A program made the translations under genes and the position numbers. From NCBI GenBank assembly GCA_963783305.1, contig CAWAMW010000002.1, forward strand, positions 864,001 through 928,000: a stretch of DNA of 64,000 nt. Direction: 5' to 3'. Below the pieces are notes generated by a model. The model was not told where the DNA came from. It made no database searches and saw nothing but the letters and a program-made list of their open reading frames with translations. Shown one piece after another: positions 8,656 through 18,781 of this stretch (the first letter of the stretch is position 1; each line of letters opens with the position of its first letter). This stretch comes from an uncultured Gemmatimonadales bacterium. Its GTDB lineage: Bacteria; Gemmatimonadota; Gemmatimonadetes; Longimicrobiales; RSA9.

Positions 8656-10905
8656 TCAGGGGCCGCCGGTGGCCTGGTTCTTCGGGGGTGTCGGGCCGAG
8701 CGTCTCCCGGAGCGCGTCGAGGACGATCTTCCGGGTCAGCAGCTCCGGCAGCAGATGCGGCTCGGCGGCGGGGTCCGGGGGATAGAGGACGTAGAGCGGT
8801 ACGCCGGCCCGGTCGAAGGAGGCGAGCGCCTCCGTGATCACCGGGTCCCGGCGGGTCCAGTCGGCCTTGATGAGCGCCACATCGTAGTCCCGGAGCGCCG
8901 CGGCCACCTCATCGGTGTGGAGCGCCACGCGCTCGTTCACCTGGCAGCTGATGCACCAGGCGGCGGTGAAGTCCACGAAGACGGGGCGCCCCTGGCTCCG
9001 GTACTCGTCCACCAGCTCGGGGGAGAACTCCTCCCACTCCAGAGCCGCCACGCTCCGGCCGCCCCCGCTGGGCAGCGGCTCGCCGCCGCGGACGGCGGCG
9101 GCGGCGACGAACACGGCCATGAGCAGGCCCAGCAGCGCCAGCGAGCGGGTCACGACGCGGATCCGGCCGGACGCCAGCGTGGCGGGCCAGCGGCCCACGA
9201 GCCACGCGGCCAGGGAGAGGAGCAGGAGCGCGAACAGGAGCCGGGCGGCTCCGCCCATCCCGGTCTGGAGTCCGAAGACCCACACGAGCCAGACGGCCAC
9301 GGCGAACATCGGGAACGCCAGAACCTGCTTGAACGTCTCCATCCAGCGACCCGGCTTCGGCAGCTTCCGGGCGAGGGCCGGCCAGAACGAGAGCGCCACG
9401 TAGGGAGCGGCCATGCCGACTCCCAGGGCCCCGAAGATGGAGAGCGCCTCGACGGGCGGACGGATCAGTGCGGCGCCGATGGCCGCCCCCATGAACGGCG
9501 CGGTGCAGGGTGTAGCCACGATCGTGGCGAGCACACCCGTCAGGAACGCCGACCCGCGGCCATCGCCCCCGCCCATCCCGCCGACGCGGGTGAGCGACGC
9601 CCCGAGCTCCACCACACCCGCCAGCCAGAGCCCGATGCCGAACATGAGCGCGGCCAGCAGCGCGACCACCGTGGGGCTCTGGAGCTGGTACCCCCACCCC
9701 ACCTGAGCCCCGCCCGCCCGCACCGCCAGCAGCGCTCCGGCCACGGCCAGGAACGTCACGATCACACCGGCGCCGAACGCCATCCCGTCCGCCCGCATGG
9801 CGCTCCGGTCGCCGCCACGGCTGGCGAAGCCCAGCGCCTTCAACGACAGGATCGGGAAGACGCAGGGCATGAGGTTGAGGATCACGCCCCCCACGAGCGC
9901 GAAGAAGAGTGCGACCAGCAGGGTGAGCCCACCGCCCGCCGCGCCGGCCCGGCCCACTGCCGGTTCCGCCGGCGCGGCGAGGGGGGTCGCCGCCGCGGAG
10001 GTCCACTCCGAGCCGGAGGCCTCCACCGGCATCGACAGCTCGATACCGCGGTGCCCCGCGTCATCGAAGGCCTGTCCCTCCGGCAGCACCAGGAGCCCGG
10101 TGATCGCGTCGGGCTCACCGGCCATGTACTCCGACTCCGTCAACTCCAGCCGCAGCTCGTCGCCCGCGAGGCCGGCCGGCTGGTCCGCGACGTGGCTGAG
10201 GATGGTGGGATCGTCGGGGAAGAAGTAGACGCCGTTGAAGGCACCCGACCACCCGTCGGGCGGCGCGATCGACAGGACGAAGCCGCCCTCCGTCCGCGCC
10301 GCGCGCGCGGCCCAGTCGTCGCTCTCGACGGGCATCTGGTCGCGGAACCGGCGGATCAGCGACGCGCTCTCGGATACGGCCATCGGCGCGGTTCCCGCCC
10401 GCACCGGCAGCGTGAGGTCGAGGTCGGCGCTGGCCGGGATGCAGACGTCGGCACAGACGAGGAAGTCGGCCACGGCGGCCAAGTCGACGCTCCCGTCCGG
10501 CAGCTCCGCGGGCGGTGTGACGGTGGCGAGGAAGACCACCTCGTCGTGGTAGCCGTAGTTCATGAGCGGCGGGTAGGGAATCCGCTCGGGCACGGGATAG
10601 CGGAGGGAGTCCACCGTGAACCCGTCGGGCAGCGTCCAGCTCATGAGGACGCCATTCCCGGCGTCGCCGGCGTTCTCCCAGTAGGTGTGCCAGCCCTCGT
10701 CCAGGGTCACCCGCAGCCCGACGGTGAACGACTCACCCGGCCGGACCGCCGACACCTCGCTGATGAGCTCGGCCTCGCTGTGGGGCGTGGGGTCCTGCTG
10801 AGCCGCTGCCGCCACCGGCCACGCCGAGCCCAGGACCCCCAGGACGGCCCCCAGCGACAGCGTCGCAACCGCCGACAGCCGTCGGATCCCGCCATTCCCG
10901 CGCAT
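8656..10905 (-). CDS. dsbD: Thiol:disulfide interchange protein DsbD family
   Basis: N-domain GWHTYWENAGD and CADVC; membrane MPCVFP and TPCTAP; thioredoxin DFTAAWCISC; GGAGG before ATG at 10905. Confidence 0.9.
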   Translation of the reverse strand: MRGNGGIRRLSAVATLSLGAVLGVLGSAWPVAAAAQQDPTPHSEAELISEVSAVRPGESFTVGLRVTLDEGWHTYWENAGDAGNGVLMSWTLPDGFTVDSLRYPVPERIPYPPLMNYGYHDEVVFLATVTPPAELPDGSVDLAAVADFLVCADVCIPASADLDLTLPVRAGTAPMAVSESASLIRRFRDQMPVESDDWAARAARTEGGFVLSIAPPDGWSGAFNGVYFFPDDPTILSHVADQPAGLAGDELRLELTESEYMAGEPDAITGLLVLPEGQAFDDAGHRGIELSMPVEASGSEWTSAAATPLAAPAEPAVGRAGAAGGGLTLLVALFFALVGGVILNLMPCVFPILSLKALGFASRGGDRSAMRADGMAFGAGVIVTFLAVAGALLAVRAGGAQVGWGYQLQSPTVVALLAALMFGIGLWLAGVVELGASLTRVGGMGGGDGRGSAFLTGVLATIVATPCTAPFMGAAIGAALIRPPVEALSIFGALGVGMAAPYVALSFWPALARKLPKPGRWMETFKQVLAFPMFAVAVWLVWVFGLQTGMGGAARLLFALLLLSLAAWLVGRWPATLASGRIRVVTRSLALLGLLMAVFVAAAAVRGGEPLPSGGGRSVAALEWEEFSPELVDEYRSQGRPVFVDFTAAWCISCQVNERVALHTDEVAAALRDYDVALIKADWTRRDPVITEALASFDRAGVPLYVLYPPDPAAEPHLLPELLTRKIVLDALRETLGPTPPKNQATGGP

Positions 10906-11115
10906 CCGGTCCTCCACGCGCACCTCCACCGCCATGTTCCAATCCGCCGTCGGCCGGAAGCCCCGCCGGTCCGGCCCACCCGGCCTGGCGGCTCTTCGAG
11001 CTCCGATGATGTGACCCCGTAGACGCGCCGGCGTTCCGGGCCGGCGAGCTCCGTGTGCAAGACGCACCGCCTGATTCGTCCCCCGCTTCGAGAACCATGA
11101 CAAAGGGGAGGCATC

Positions 11116-13407
11116 ATGAGGACGTGCAACGACATGGGAACGATGGGGTGCCGGCGGGCTCCCGGCCAGGGCGCCGGACAGCTGCGGGTCCTGTACCCGC
11201 TGCTGGGCCTGCTGGTGCTGCTGGGGATGGCGTCCCCGGCGGCCGCGCAGGGGTGGGTCGAGCCGCTGCGGCCGGTGCCGGGCGGCGGAGTGGTACGACT
11301 GAGCACCGATGTCACCGTGGAGATCAGCGGGCGGGTCGCGGAAGTCGTGGTGGAGGAGTGGTTCGAGAACCGCGGCGGCGGCCTGGGCGAGGGGGACTAC
11401 CTGTACCCGCTGCCGGGGGAAGCCGTCTTCTCCAACTTCTCGCTCTACCAGGGAGACCAGGAGCTGCGGGGCGAGACCATGGATGCCGCTGAGGCGCGGG
11501 GGATCTACGAGGAGATCGTGCGCAGCAGGCGTGACCCGGCGTTGATCGAGCTCATGGGGCACGGGCTCATCCGCGCCCGCGTCTTCCCCATCGAGCCGGG
11601 GCAGCGGAGGCGGATCACATTACGATACACGCAGCTCCTCGAGCGATCTGGCGAATCGGTCCAGTTCCGCTACGCGGCGGGCGGTCGGAACGCCGGCCGC
11701 GCTCCCGTGACCGGTCGGGTGCCCGTGGACTTCACGCTCATAGCCGACACCGCGGCCTACGCCGAGCCGTTCTCTCCCACGCACCGCCTGGAGGTGGAGC
11801 GACGGGGCGGTGTGCTCCGGGTCCAGCCCGGCGCCGACCTCACGGGCGACCTCAGCGTATTCCTCCCCGTCGTGCGCGACGGCGTGGGGATCACGGTCGC
11901 GGCGTACCGAACGGACGCGGAAGCCGGCTACTTCATGCTGACGCTCTCGCCGGGGACGAGGACGGGCGCCGGCACGCCCAGAGATGTGACCGCCGTGGTG
12001 GATGTCTCGGGGTCGATGTCCGGTGAGAAGCTCGAGCAGACCCGGCAGGCGCTGCACCAGCTGCTGGGCTCCCTCGGCCCGCGGGACCGGTTCCGCCTCC
12101 TGGCGTTCAGCAACCGCGTGCGCTCCAGCGGTGACGGGTGGTCGTCCGCCTCCGCCACGGAGCTGGAATTGGCGCGCGACTGGGTCGACGACCTGCGGGC
12201 GGACGGCGGCACCAACATGGGTGACGCGCTGGCGGAGGCGCTGCGGCTGGAATCGCCCGACGACCGGCTGCCCATCATCGTCTTCCTGACGGACGGTCTA
12301 CCCACGGTTGGGGAGCGCGACCCTGAGCGGATCGCCGCCACCGCCGAGGCGCGCCGCGGTCGCGCGCGGATCTTCGCGTTCGGGGTGGGCTACGACGTGA
12401 ACACCTACCTGCTCGACCGCCTCGGCCGCGCCGGGCGCGGCAGCACCGGGTACGTCCAGCCCGACGAGGACGTGGAGCGGGCGCTCGCCACGCTGGCGGG
12501 GAAGATCACGCACCCGGTGCTCACCGACCTCCGCCTGGACGGTGCCCCCGTCCGACTGACGGAGATCTACCCGGGCGAGCTGCCGGACCTCTTCGCCGGC
12601 GAGGAGCTGGTGGTCTTCGGTCGCTACGAGGGGCACGGCGCCGGTCCGCTCCGGATCGTGGGGCGCCGGGCCGGCCGCGACGAGCGCTTCGCGGTGGACG
12701 CCACCTTCCCCGCCCGCGCCGGCACGAACGACTATGTCCCCCGACTCTGGGCGTCGCGGAAGCTGGGCGAGCTCACCCGCGAGATCCGTCTGAACGGCGC
12801 CAGCGAGGAGCTGGTGGCGGCGGTGCGTGAGACCGCGCTCCGCTACGGCCTGTTGAGCGACTACACGTCATACCTGGTCCAGGAGCCGGGGATCACGGTC
12901 ACCGGCGGCACGGGCGGCGCGCGGCGGCTGCTCCGTACACAAGCGCCGCCCCCGGCGGACGCAGAAGCGGCCACGGTGGCGCTCCAGTCGGCGTCGGGCG
13001 AAGCGGCGGTGAAGGCGTCCGCCCGGGCCCGCGCCTTCCGCGAGGTGGCCACGGCGGCCGACCTGGCGGCGGTCGAGGAGGAACAGGTCGCGGCCGGGCC
13101 CAGCGCGCAGGGGATCCGGATCGTCGCCGGGCGCACCTTCCAGTTTCGGGACGGGACGTGGCTGGACGCGGCGGTGGCGCGGGATGGCGCGGCCGCGGAG
13201 GGCGCGGTGGAGACCGTCGCCGTGGCGGTTTACTCCAGCGCGTATTTCGACCTGCTGGAGGCGTTGCCGGAGCTGCGTGCCCTGGCGGAGCTGGAGGGCA
13301 CGGTGGTCGTGGCCGGCGCGGAGGTGAACCTCCGGTTTGGTGACGACGGCGCGAAGTCGCTCCCGCCGCGGGCGGTCCGACGGCTCGTCGCCCTGTTCCG
13401 GGGGTAG
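11116..13407 (+). CDS. Secreted VIT and von Willebrand factor A domain protein
   Basis: GGAGG RBS; signal peptide; VIT-like N-terminus; MIDAS DVSGSMS, GGT, FLTDG. Confidence 0.88.
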   Translation: MRTCNDMGTMGCRRAPGQGAGQLRVLYPLLGLLVLLGMASPAAAQGWVEPLRPVPGGGVVRLSTDVTVEISGRVAEVVVEEWFENRGGGLGEGDYLYPLPGEAVFSNFSLYQGDQELRGETMDAAEARGIYEEIVRSRRDPALIELMGHGLIRARVFPIEPGQRRRITLRYTQLLERSGESVQFRYAAGGRNAGRAPVTGRVPVDFTLIADTAAYAEPFSPTHRLEVERRGGVLRVQPGADLTGDLSVFLPVVRDGVGITVAAYRTDAEAGYFMLTLSPGTRTGAGTPRDVTAVVDVSGSMSGEKLEQTRQALHQLLGSLGPRDRFRLLAFSNRVRSSGDGWSSASATELELARDWVDDLRADGGTNMGDALAEALRLESPDDRLPIIVFLTDGLPTVGERDPERIAATAEARRGRARIFAFGVGYDVNTYLLDRLGRAGRGSTGYVQPDEDVERALATLAGKITHPVLTDLRLDGAPVRLTEIYPGELPDLFAGEELVVFGRYEGHGAGPLRIVGRRAGRDERFAVDATFPARAGTNDYVPRLWASRKLGELTREIRLNGASEELVAAVRETALRYGLLSDYTSYLVQEPGITVTGGTGGARRLLRTQAPPPADAEAATVALQSASGEAAVKASARARAFREVATAADLAAVEEEQVAAGPSAQGIRIVAGRTFQFRDGTWLDAAVARDGAAAEGAVETVAVAVYSSAYFDLLEALPELRALAELEGTVVVAGAEVNLRFGDDGAKSLPPRAVRRLVALFRG

Positions 13408-13473
13408 TAATGGGAGTCGGGCCGGTTCCGCGGCGGACCGGCACCGCGAGGGAGCTCGGACGAGGAGGAACGG

Positions 13474-13983
13474 ATGGCGCTGGACTGGGAGGAGGTGTAC
13501 CGGAGCACGTTCCCCGACCTGGTCCGCTATCTCCACCGGAAGGTGTGGGACGCGGACCGGGCGCGGGACCTGGCCCAGGAAGCCTTCGCCCGATCACTGG
13601 ACCGGGAGCCCGCCGATCCCCGGTCGTGGGTTTTCACGGTGGCGGCCAACCTGGCGCGGGACGAGGCCCGCACGGCCATACGACGCCGGCGCCACCTCAC
13701 CCTGGTGAAGGCCGAGCGGGAGGCCGAGCCGCGACCGCCGGACGCGCTCCAGCGGCTGGAGCGGGAGGAGAGGGCGGTGGGCGCCCGTGCGGCGCTGGAG
13801 CGGCTGAGCGAGCGCGACCGTGAGGCGCTCCTGCTCTGGGACGCGGGACTGAGCTATCGTGAGATCGCCGACCGCACCGGGCTGACCGTCGGCGCCATCG
13901 GCACCACCCTGGCGCGGGCGCGGCGGCGGCTGGTGGAGGCATTCGAGGAAACGAAGGAGGCGGATGATGCCGCACGTGGATGA
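13474..13983 (+). CDS. ECF RNA polymerase sigma factor
   Basis: 169 aa; DLAQEAF, WVFTVAAN region 2; GLSYREIA region 4 HTH; GGAGG RBS. Confidence 0.92.
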   Translation: MALDWEEVYRSTFPDLVRYLHRKVWDADRARDLAQEAFARSLDREPADPRSWVFTVAANLARDEARTAIRRRRHLTLVKAEREAEPRPPDALQRLEREERAVGARAALERLSERDREALLLWDAGLSYREIADRTGLTVGAIGTTLARARRRLVEAFEETKEADDAARG

Positions 13984-15112
13984 AGGGACCCTGCACGCGC
14001 TGCTGGACGGCGCCCTCCTGGCGGAGGAGCCCGATCGCGCGGCCCAGGTGGAGGCCCACCTCCGGTCCTGCCCTGATTGCCGCGCGCTCCTGGACGAGGC
14101 CGCGGGGGTTCGAGCCGACGCGGCGGGAATCCTCGCGGCGGCCGCACCCGCCGCGCCTCCCACCGCCGACTTCGCCGATGTTCGCGCTCGTTCCGCGGGC
14201 CGAACGGATGCGGTCGGCGGAGGGAAGCGCCGCAGTGGATCGCGGCGCAGAGGTGCGGCGCGCCCGCTCCACTGGACCCGTCGGGTCGCCTGGGCGGCCT
14301 CGCTGGTCCTGGCCCTCGGCACCGGCTACCTGCTCCGGGACATGGCGGGGCCGGCGTCCAGCTTCGAGACGAGCGCGACTGCCGAAGCCGGCCGGACGCC
14401 GGTAGCGGATCCGGCTTCATCGCGTGCCCTGGAGATGGAGTCCGCGGCGCCCACCGCGGCGCCCCCTCCACCCGTGGCCGGTAGTCCGGAAATCCAGGAG
14501 CGGGCGCGCGAGAGGGACGAACCGGAGCCGCGTGGCATGGCGCAGGGATCGGTCGCGGCCGCTGAGAGGGCTCGCCAGCAAGAGCCGGTGGAGATCGAGG
14601 AGATCGAGGAGATCCAGGCGACGGACGCCACCGCTTCGACCCGCGACGCTCTGGCCTCGGCCCCCGCGAAGGTGCGGGCGGAGCCGCTGCTGCAGCTACG
14701 GTCGCAGACGCCGGTCATGTCCAGGAGCGCGGACGGCGAAAGGGCGCCCGGCGAGGCGTGGCTCTCCGCCACGCTGGACGAGGCCCGCGCGGCGCTGGAC
14801 GGACCTGTTTACCGGCTGCCCCGCGCCCGCATCGAGGAGACCTACGTGGACGCCGGTCCCGATGCGCCACGCGTGCTGACGCTCCAGCGGCTGGAGAGCG
14901 GTGTGCCGGTGCGGGTGGTCCAGGCGCTGGGATCGGCGGGAGCGCTGGGAGCGGCACCGCCTGCGTCCGCCGCGGCGGGCGATGGGAGCGGCGCCCTCCC
15001 GGCTCCGGAGGTCGCCCGGGTGACCGTCGACCGGTACACCCTGGAGGTCACGGGCTCGCTCCCGGTCGAGCTCCTGGCGATCCTGGCCCAGTCGGCGTCG
15101 CCCGCCCGCTGA
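13967..15112 (+). CDS. Zinc-binding (ZAS, zf-HC2) membrane anti-sigma factor
   Basis: HLRSCPDC (Hx3Cx2C); single TM helix; overlaps the ECF sigma stop. Confidence 0.85.
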   Translation: MPHVDEGTLHALLDGALLAEEPDRAAQVEAHLRSCPDCRALLDEAAGVRADAAGILAAAAPAAPPTADFADVRARSAGRTDAVGGGKRRSGSRRRGAARPLHWTRRVAWAASLVLALGTGYLLRDMAGPASSFETSATAEAGRTPVADPASSRALEMESAAPTAAPPPPVAGSPEIQERARERDEPEPRGMAQGSVAAAERARQQEPVEIEEIEEIQATDATASTRDALASAPAKVRAEPLLQLRSQTPVMSRSADGERAPGEAWLSATLDEARAALDGPVYRLPRARIEETYVDAGPDAPRVLTLQRLESGVPVRVVQALGSAGALGAAPPASAAAGDGSGALPAPEVARVTVDRYTLEVTGSLPVELLAILAQSASPAR

Positions 15113-15124
15113 GCCAGCCCGAGC

Positions 15125-15370
15125 TCAACCGCCGGGACCGCCCAGGTCGCGCTCCTGGCGGTCGGACTCGCTGATCCGCTGATCGCTCCGGCCCGCGCCC
15201 TCCGAGCCGGCGTCGGCGTGTCCGTGCCCCTGGTTCTTGGACTCCTGACTCTCATCGTAATCGCGGTCGGAGCCCACGGTCTTCGCGTTGCGGTCCCCGG
15301 TCGGAGGGGCGTCGGTGCCGTGTCGAGTGGCGCCACTCTCGTCCTGGACCGTTTTCCCGAGGTCGCTCAT
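15125..15370 (-). CDS. Small acidic hydrophilic hypothetical protein (81 aa)
   Basis: GGGAGG RBS before ATG 15370; MSDLGKTVQDES... Confidence 0.65.
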   Translation of the reverse strand: MSDLGKTVQDESGATRHGTDAPPTGDRNAKTVGSDRDYDESQESKNQGHGHADAGSEGAGRSDQRISESDRQERDLGGPGG

Positions 15371-15464
15371 TGCCTGCCTCCCTGCATGGTGAATGGGAGG
15401 ATACCAAGGGGCAAGAGGTATTCCGGCGGAGGTCGAGGGGCCGGCGATCCTGGACGACGCTGGG

Positions 15465-16667
15465 TCAGTCGTCGCCGAGGAGCCGCCCGGGGCGGAGCGC
15501 GTCCCGGCCGAACCGGTCCCGCAGCTCGTCGGACACCCTGGAGAGTCGGCGGTCGCGCTCGGTCTCGAGGGTGGGCGCGCTCTCACCGGTGTCGAAGAGC
15601 ACGAGCTGGGTGCCCTCGTCGGCGGTGTCGAAATGGGACACCGCGACACCCACCAGCCGGGCACCCGTGCGACGCCGCTCCCGCAGCGTGGCCAGGAGCT
15701 CGCGCGCCACGGCGAGGATGGCGCGGTCGGACTCGAGCGGCTGATCGACGGTCCGGCTCGCCGTGCGGCTCCGGAAGTCGCCGTCCTTGATCTTCACCGT
15801 GACGGTGCGGGCGCGGAGCCCCTGCCGCCGGAGGTCGGACGCGACGCGGATGGCCAGCGCCATGAGCTCGCGCTCGAGTTCCGTATCGCTGGTGAGGTCG
15901 CGCGGGAACGTCTCCTCACGGGACATGGACTTGGCCTCGCCGCTCGTCGTGACGACGTCGCTGCCGATGCCACGGATGCGCTCGTGCAGCCAGGCGCCGC
16001 GACCGGCGCCCAGCATGCTCTCCAGCTCCGACTCCCGGAGTCGCAGCGCGTCCGTCACGCGCACCAGACCCATCGACCGCAGCCGCTCCGCCAGCACGGG
16101 CCCCACGCCGGGGATGTCCCGGAGCTCGAAGCCCTTCATGAACTCGACCACAGCGGCCGGGTCCACAACATGCACCCCCGCGGGCTTCCCGCGCTCCGCC
16201 GCCAGCTTCGCCACGATCCGCGTCGGTCCGCCGCCTATGGAGACGGTGATGTCCGTCTCCTCCTTCACCGCGCCCTGGATCCGCCGCGCCGTGGCTTCCA
16301 GCGTCTCGTGATGGTACAACGCCTCGGTTCCGGTGAGGTCCAGATACGCCTCGTCCACCGACGCCGGTTCGACCAGCGGCGTAAACTTCTGGAGCACCGC
16401 CCGCACCTCGTGGCTCTTCCGGCGACACATCTCCCCGGGCACCGGCACGACCTTCGCCTGTGGGCACAGCTGGAGCGCACGGGCGGTGGGCATGGCGGAG
16501 CGGCAGCCGAATACCCGCGTCTCGTACGACGCGGACGTCACCACGCCCCGGCCTTCCGGCGATCCACCCACCAGGAGCAGCGGTTGGCGGCCGGCCCCGT
16601 CGGGGTCCGCGAGTCGCGCGCACTGAACGAAGAACTGGTCGCAGTCGAGGAGGAGCAGTCGGCGCAT
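15465..16667 (-). CDS. dinB: DNA polymerase IV
   Basis: LDCDQFFVQC, SASYETR, SVDEAYLD, PGVG, little-finger domain. Confidence 0.93.
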   Translation of the reverse strand: MRRLLLLDCDQFFVQCARLADPDGAGRQPLLLVGGSPEGRGVVTSASYETRVFGCRSAMPTARALQLCPQAKVVPVPGEMCRRKSHEVRAVLQKFTPLVEPASVDEAYLDLTGTEALYHHETLEATARRIQGAVKEETDITVSIGGGPTRIVAKLAAERGKPAGVHVVDPAAVVEFMKGFELRDIPGVGPVLAERLRSMGLVRVTDALRLRESELESMLGAGRGAWLHERIRGIGSDVVTTSGEAKSMSREETFPRDLTSDTELERELMALAIRVASDLRRQGLRARTVTVKIKDGDFRSRTASRTVDQPLESDRAILAVARELLATLRERRRTGARLVGVAVSHFDTADEGTQLVLFDTGESAPTLETERDRRLSRVSDELRDRFGRDALRPGRLLGDD

Positions 16668-16853
16668 GCCGGGAAGGTACGCGCGGGGAGACCGCCGGGG
16701 GACCCCCGGCCGCGATGCCTCCGGCCGGCCGGGCCCGCCGGAGGCATCGCCAAACCGGCGCCGAACCGGCACCGAGACCCTGCGGCGCTACCGGAGCGGC
16801 GCCGCGCTCGATATGATGGCGGAACACCCAAACAGGAAGCGGGAGTGATTTAA

Positions 16854-18704
16854 ATGCCGAAGATTCTGACTGTGTTCGGGCTCACCGTGGCGGTGGCGGC
16901 GTGCGCGGCCAACCCGGAGCCGGTGGTGGTCGTCGATGCGGGAGCCGATGCGGGGGCTTCCTCGCGCCTGGCCGCGCCCACCGCCGCAGAAGCCGCGGCC
17001 TTCGTCGACAGCGCGGAAGTCGTCCTCATGGACCTCTCGGAGCGGGCGGGACGGGCTCAGTGGGTTCAATCCAATTTCATCACCCATGACACCGAGATCC
17101 TGGCCGCCCAGGCCACCGAGGAGTACCTGGGCACCGCCGTGGAGCTCGCCACCGCCGCCGCTCACTACGCCGACGTGGATGGCCTGGCACCGGACGTGTC
17201 CCGCAAGATCCAGATGCTCAGGGGCGGCCTCACCATGCCGGCGCCTTCGGACGCGGAGAAGACGGCTGCCGTTACGCAGATCCAGACGGGGATGGAGAGC
17301 CGGTACGGCCGGGGTGAGTACTGCGGCCCCAGCGGCGAGTGCTGGGACCTGGGCGAGATGAGCGAGATCCTCGCCACGAGCCGGGACGAGGCGCTGCTCC
17401 GGGAGGTGTGGGCTGGCTGGCGCACGATTTCCGTCCCCATGCGGAACGAGTACGCTCGCTTCGTCGCTCTCGGCAATGAGGGAGCGCGGGAGCTGGGCTA
17501 CCCCGACGTGGGTGCGCTGTGGCGCTCCAACTACGACATGGAGCCCGACGCCTTCGCCGCCGAGCTCGACCGGCTCTGGGGGCAGGTGGAGCCCCTCTAC
17601 GAAGCACTGCACTGCCACGTCCGGGCGGAACTCGCCGAGGAGTACGGTCCCGACGTGGTGCCGGAAGGGGAGCCGATCCCGGCCCACCTCCTGGGCAACA
17701 TGTGGGCGCAGAGCTGGGGCAATGTATACGACATGGTGGCGCCAGCCGACGCCGACCCCGGCTACGACCTGACGGAGCGGCTCCGGGAACACGACTATGA
17801 CGCCCTGGAGATGGTCCGCACCGGCGAACGATTCTTCTCTTCGCTGGGCTTCGAGCCGCTGCCGGAGACGTTCTGGGAGCGATCGCTGTTCACCAAGCCG
17901 GCGGACCGCGACGTGGTCTGCCACGCCAGCGCCTGGGACGTGGACAACGACGAGGACCTGCGCATCAAGATGTGCATCAACGTCAACGCCGAGGACTTCC
18001 AGACGATCCATCACGAGCTCGGCCACAACTACTATCAGCGCGCGTACAACTTCCAGCCGTTCCTCTTCCGGAACAGCGCCAACGACGGCTTCCACGAGGC
18101 CCTCGGCGACGCCGTAGCGCTGTCGATCACGCCCGATTACCTGCGTCAGATCGGGCTCATCGACGAGGTCCCGCCGCCGGACGCCGACCTTGGCCTGCTC
18201 ATGCGGGATGCCCTCGAGAAGGTCGCGTTCCTGCCGTTCGGCCTGCTGGTGGACCAGTGGCGGTGGCAGGTGTTCAGCGGCGAGATCACACCGCAGGAGT
18301 ACAACAGCGCCTGGTGGCGGCTGCGGGAGCACTATCAGGGCGTGGCGCCGCCCGTCGCGCGCAGTGAGGCCGACTTCGACCCGGGCGCCAAGTACCATGT
18401 GCCGGCCAACGTGCCCTACACCCGCTACTTCCTCGCCCAGATCCTCCAGTTCCAGTTCCATCGGGCGCTCTGCCAGGAGGCGGGCTTCGAGGGGCCGCTC
18501 AACCGGTGCTCCATCTTCAACGACCCGGAGGCGGGCGCGCGTCTCGCCGCCATGATGGAGATGGGCTCCGCCGAGCCGTGGCCGGACGCCCTGGAGGCGC
18601 TCACGGGGCAGCGGGAGATGGATGCCACCGCGCTCATCGATTATTTCGCGCCGCTGAAGACGTGGCTCGATGAGCAGAACCGGGGCCGGACCTGCGGCTG
18701 GTAG
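16854..18704 (+). CDS. M2 family peptidyl-dipeptidase A (ACE-like), lipoprotein
   Basis: HLLGNMWAQSW, HHELGH, GFHEALGD, FDPGAKYHVP; lipobox VAAC. Confidence 0.95.
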   Translation: MPKILTVFGLTVAVAACAANPEPVVVVDAGADAGASSRLAAPTAAEAAAFVDSAEVVLMDLSERAGRAQWVQSNFITHDTEILAAQATEEYLGTAVELATAAAHYADVDGLAPDVSRKIQMLRGGLTMPAPSDAEKTAAVTQIQTGMESRYGRGEYCGPSGECWDLGEMSEILATSRDEALLREVWAGWRTISVPMRNEYARFVALGNEGARELGYPDVGALWRSNYDMEPDAFAAELDRLWGQVEPLYEALHCHVRAELAEEYGPDVVPEGEPIPAHLLGNMWAQSWGNVYDMVAPADADPGYDLTERLREHDYDALEMVRTGERFFSSLGFEPLPETFWERSLFTKPADRDVVCHASAWDVDNDEDLRIKMCINVNAEDFQTIHHELGHNYYQRAYNFQPFLFRNSANDGFHEALGDAVALSITPDYLRQIGLIDEVPPPDADLGLLMRDALEKVAFLPFGLLVDQWRWQVFSGEITPQEYNSAWWRLREHYQGVAPPVARSEADFDPGAKYHVPANVPYTRYFLAQILQFQFHRALCQEAGFEGPLNRCSIFNDPEAGARLAAMMEMGSAEPWPDALEALTGQREMDATALIDYFAPLKTWLDEQNRGRTCGW

Positions 18705-18720
18705 GACCCCGGGTAGAGTA

Positions 18721-18761
18721 CGGAAAAGGGGCGGTCGCCATGGCGACCGCCCCTTTTTCCG
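18721..18761. terminator. Bidirectional intrinsic terminator
   Basis: AAAAGGGGCGGTCGCC-AT-GGCGACCGCCCCTTTT between convergent genes. Confidence 0.85.
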
Positions 18762-18781
18762 TTCCTGCGCTTTCGTGTCTA

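Noticed and set aside
11051..11061. 11-mer CCGTGTGCAAG shared with 62867-62877
   Set aside because: Repeats this short are expected by chance in 64 kb; no further similarity
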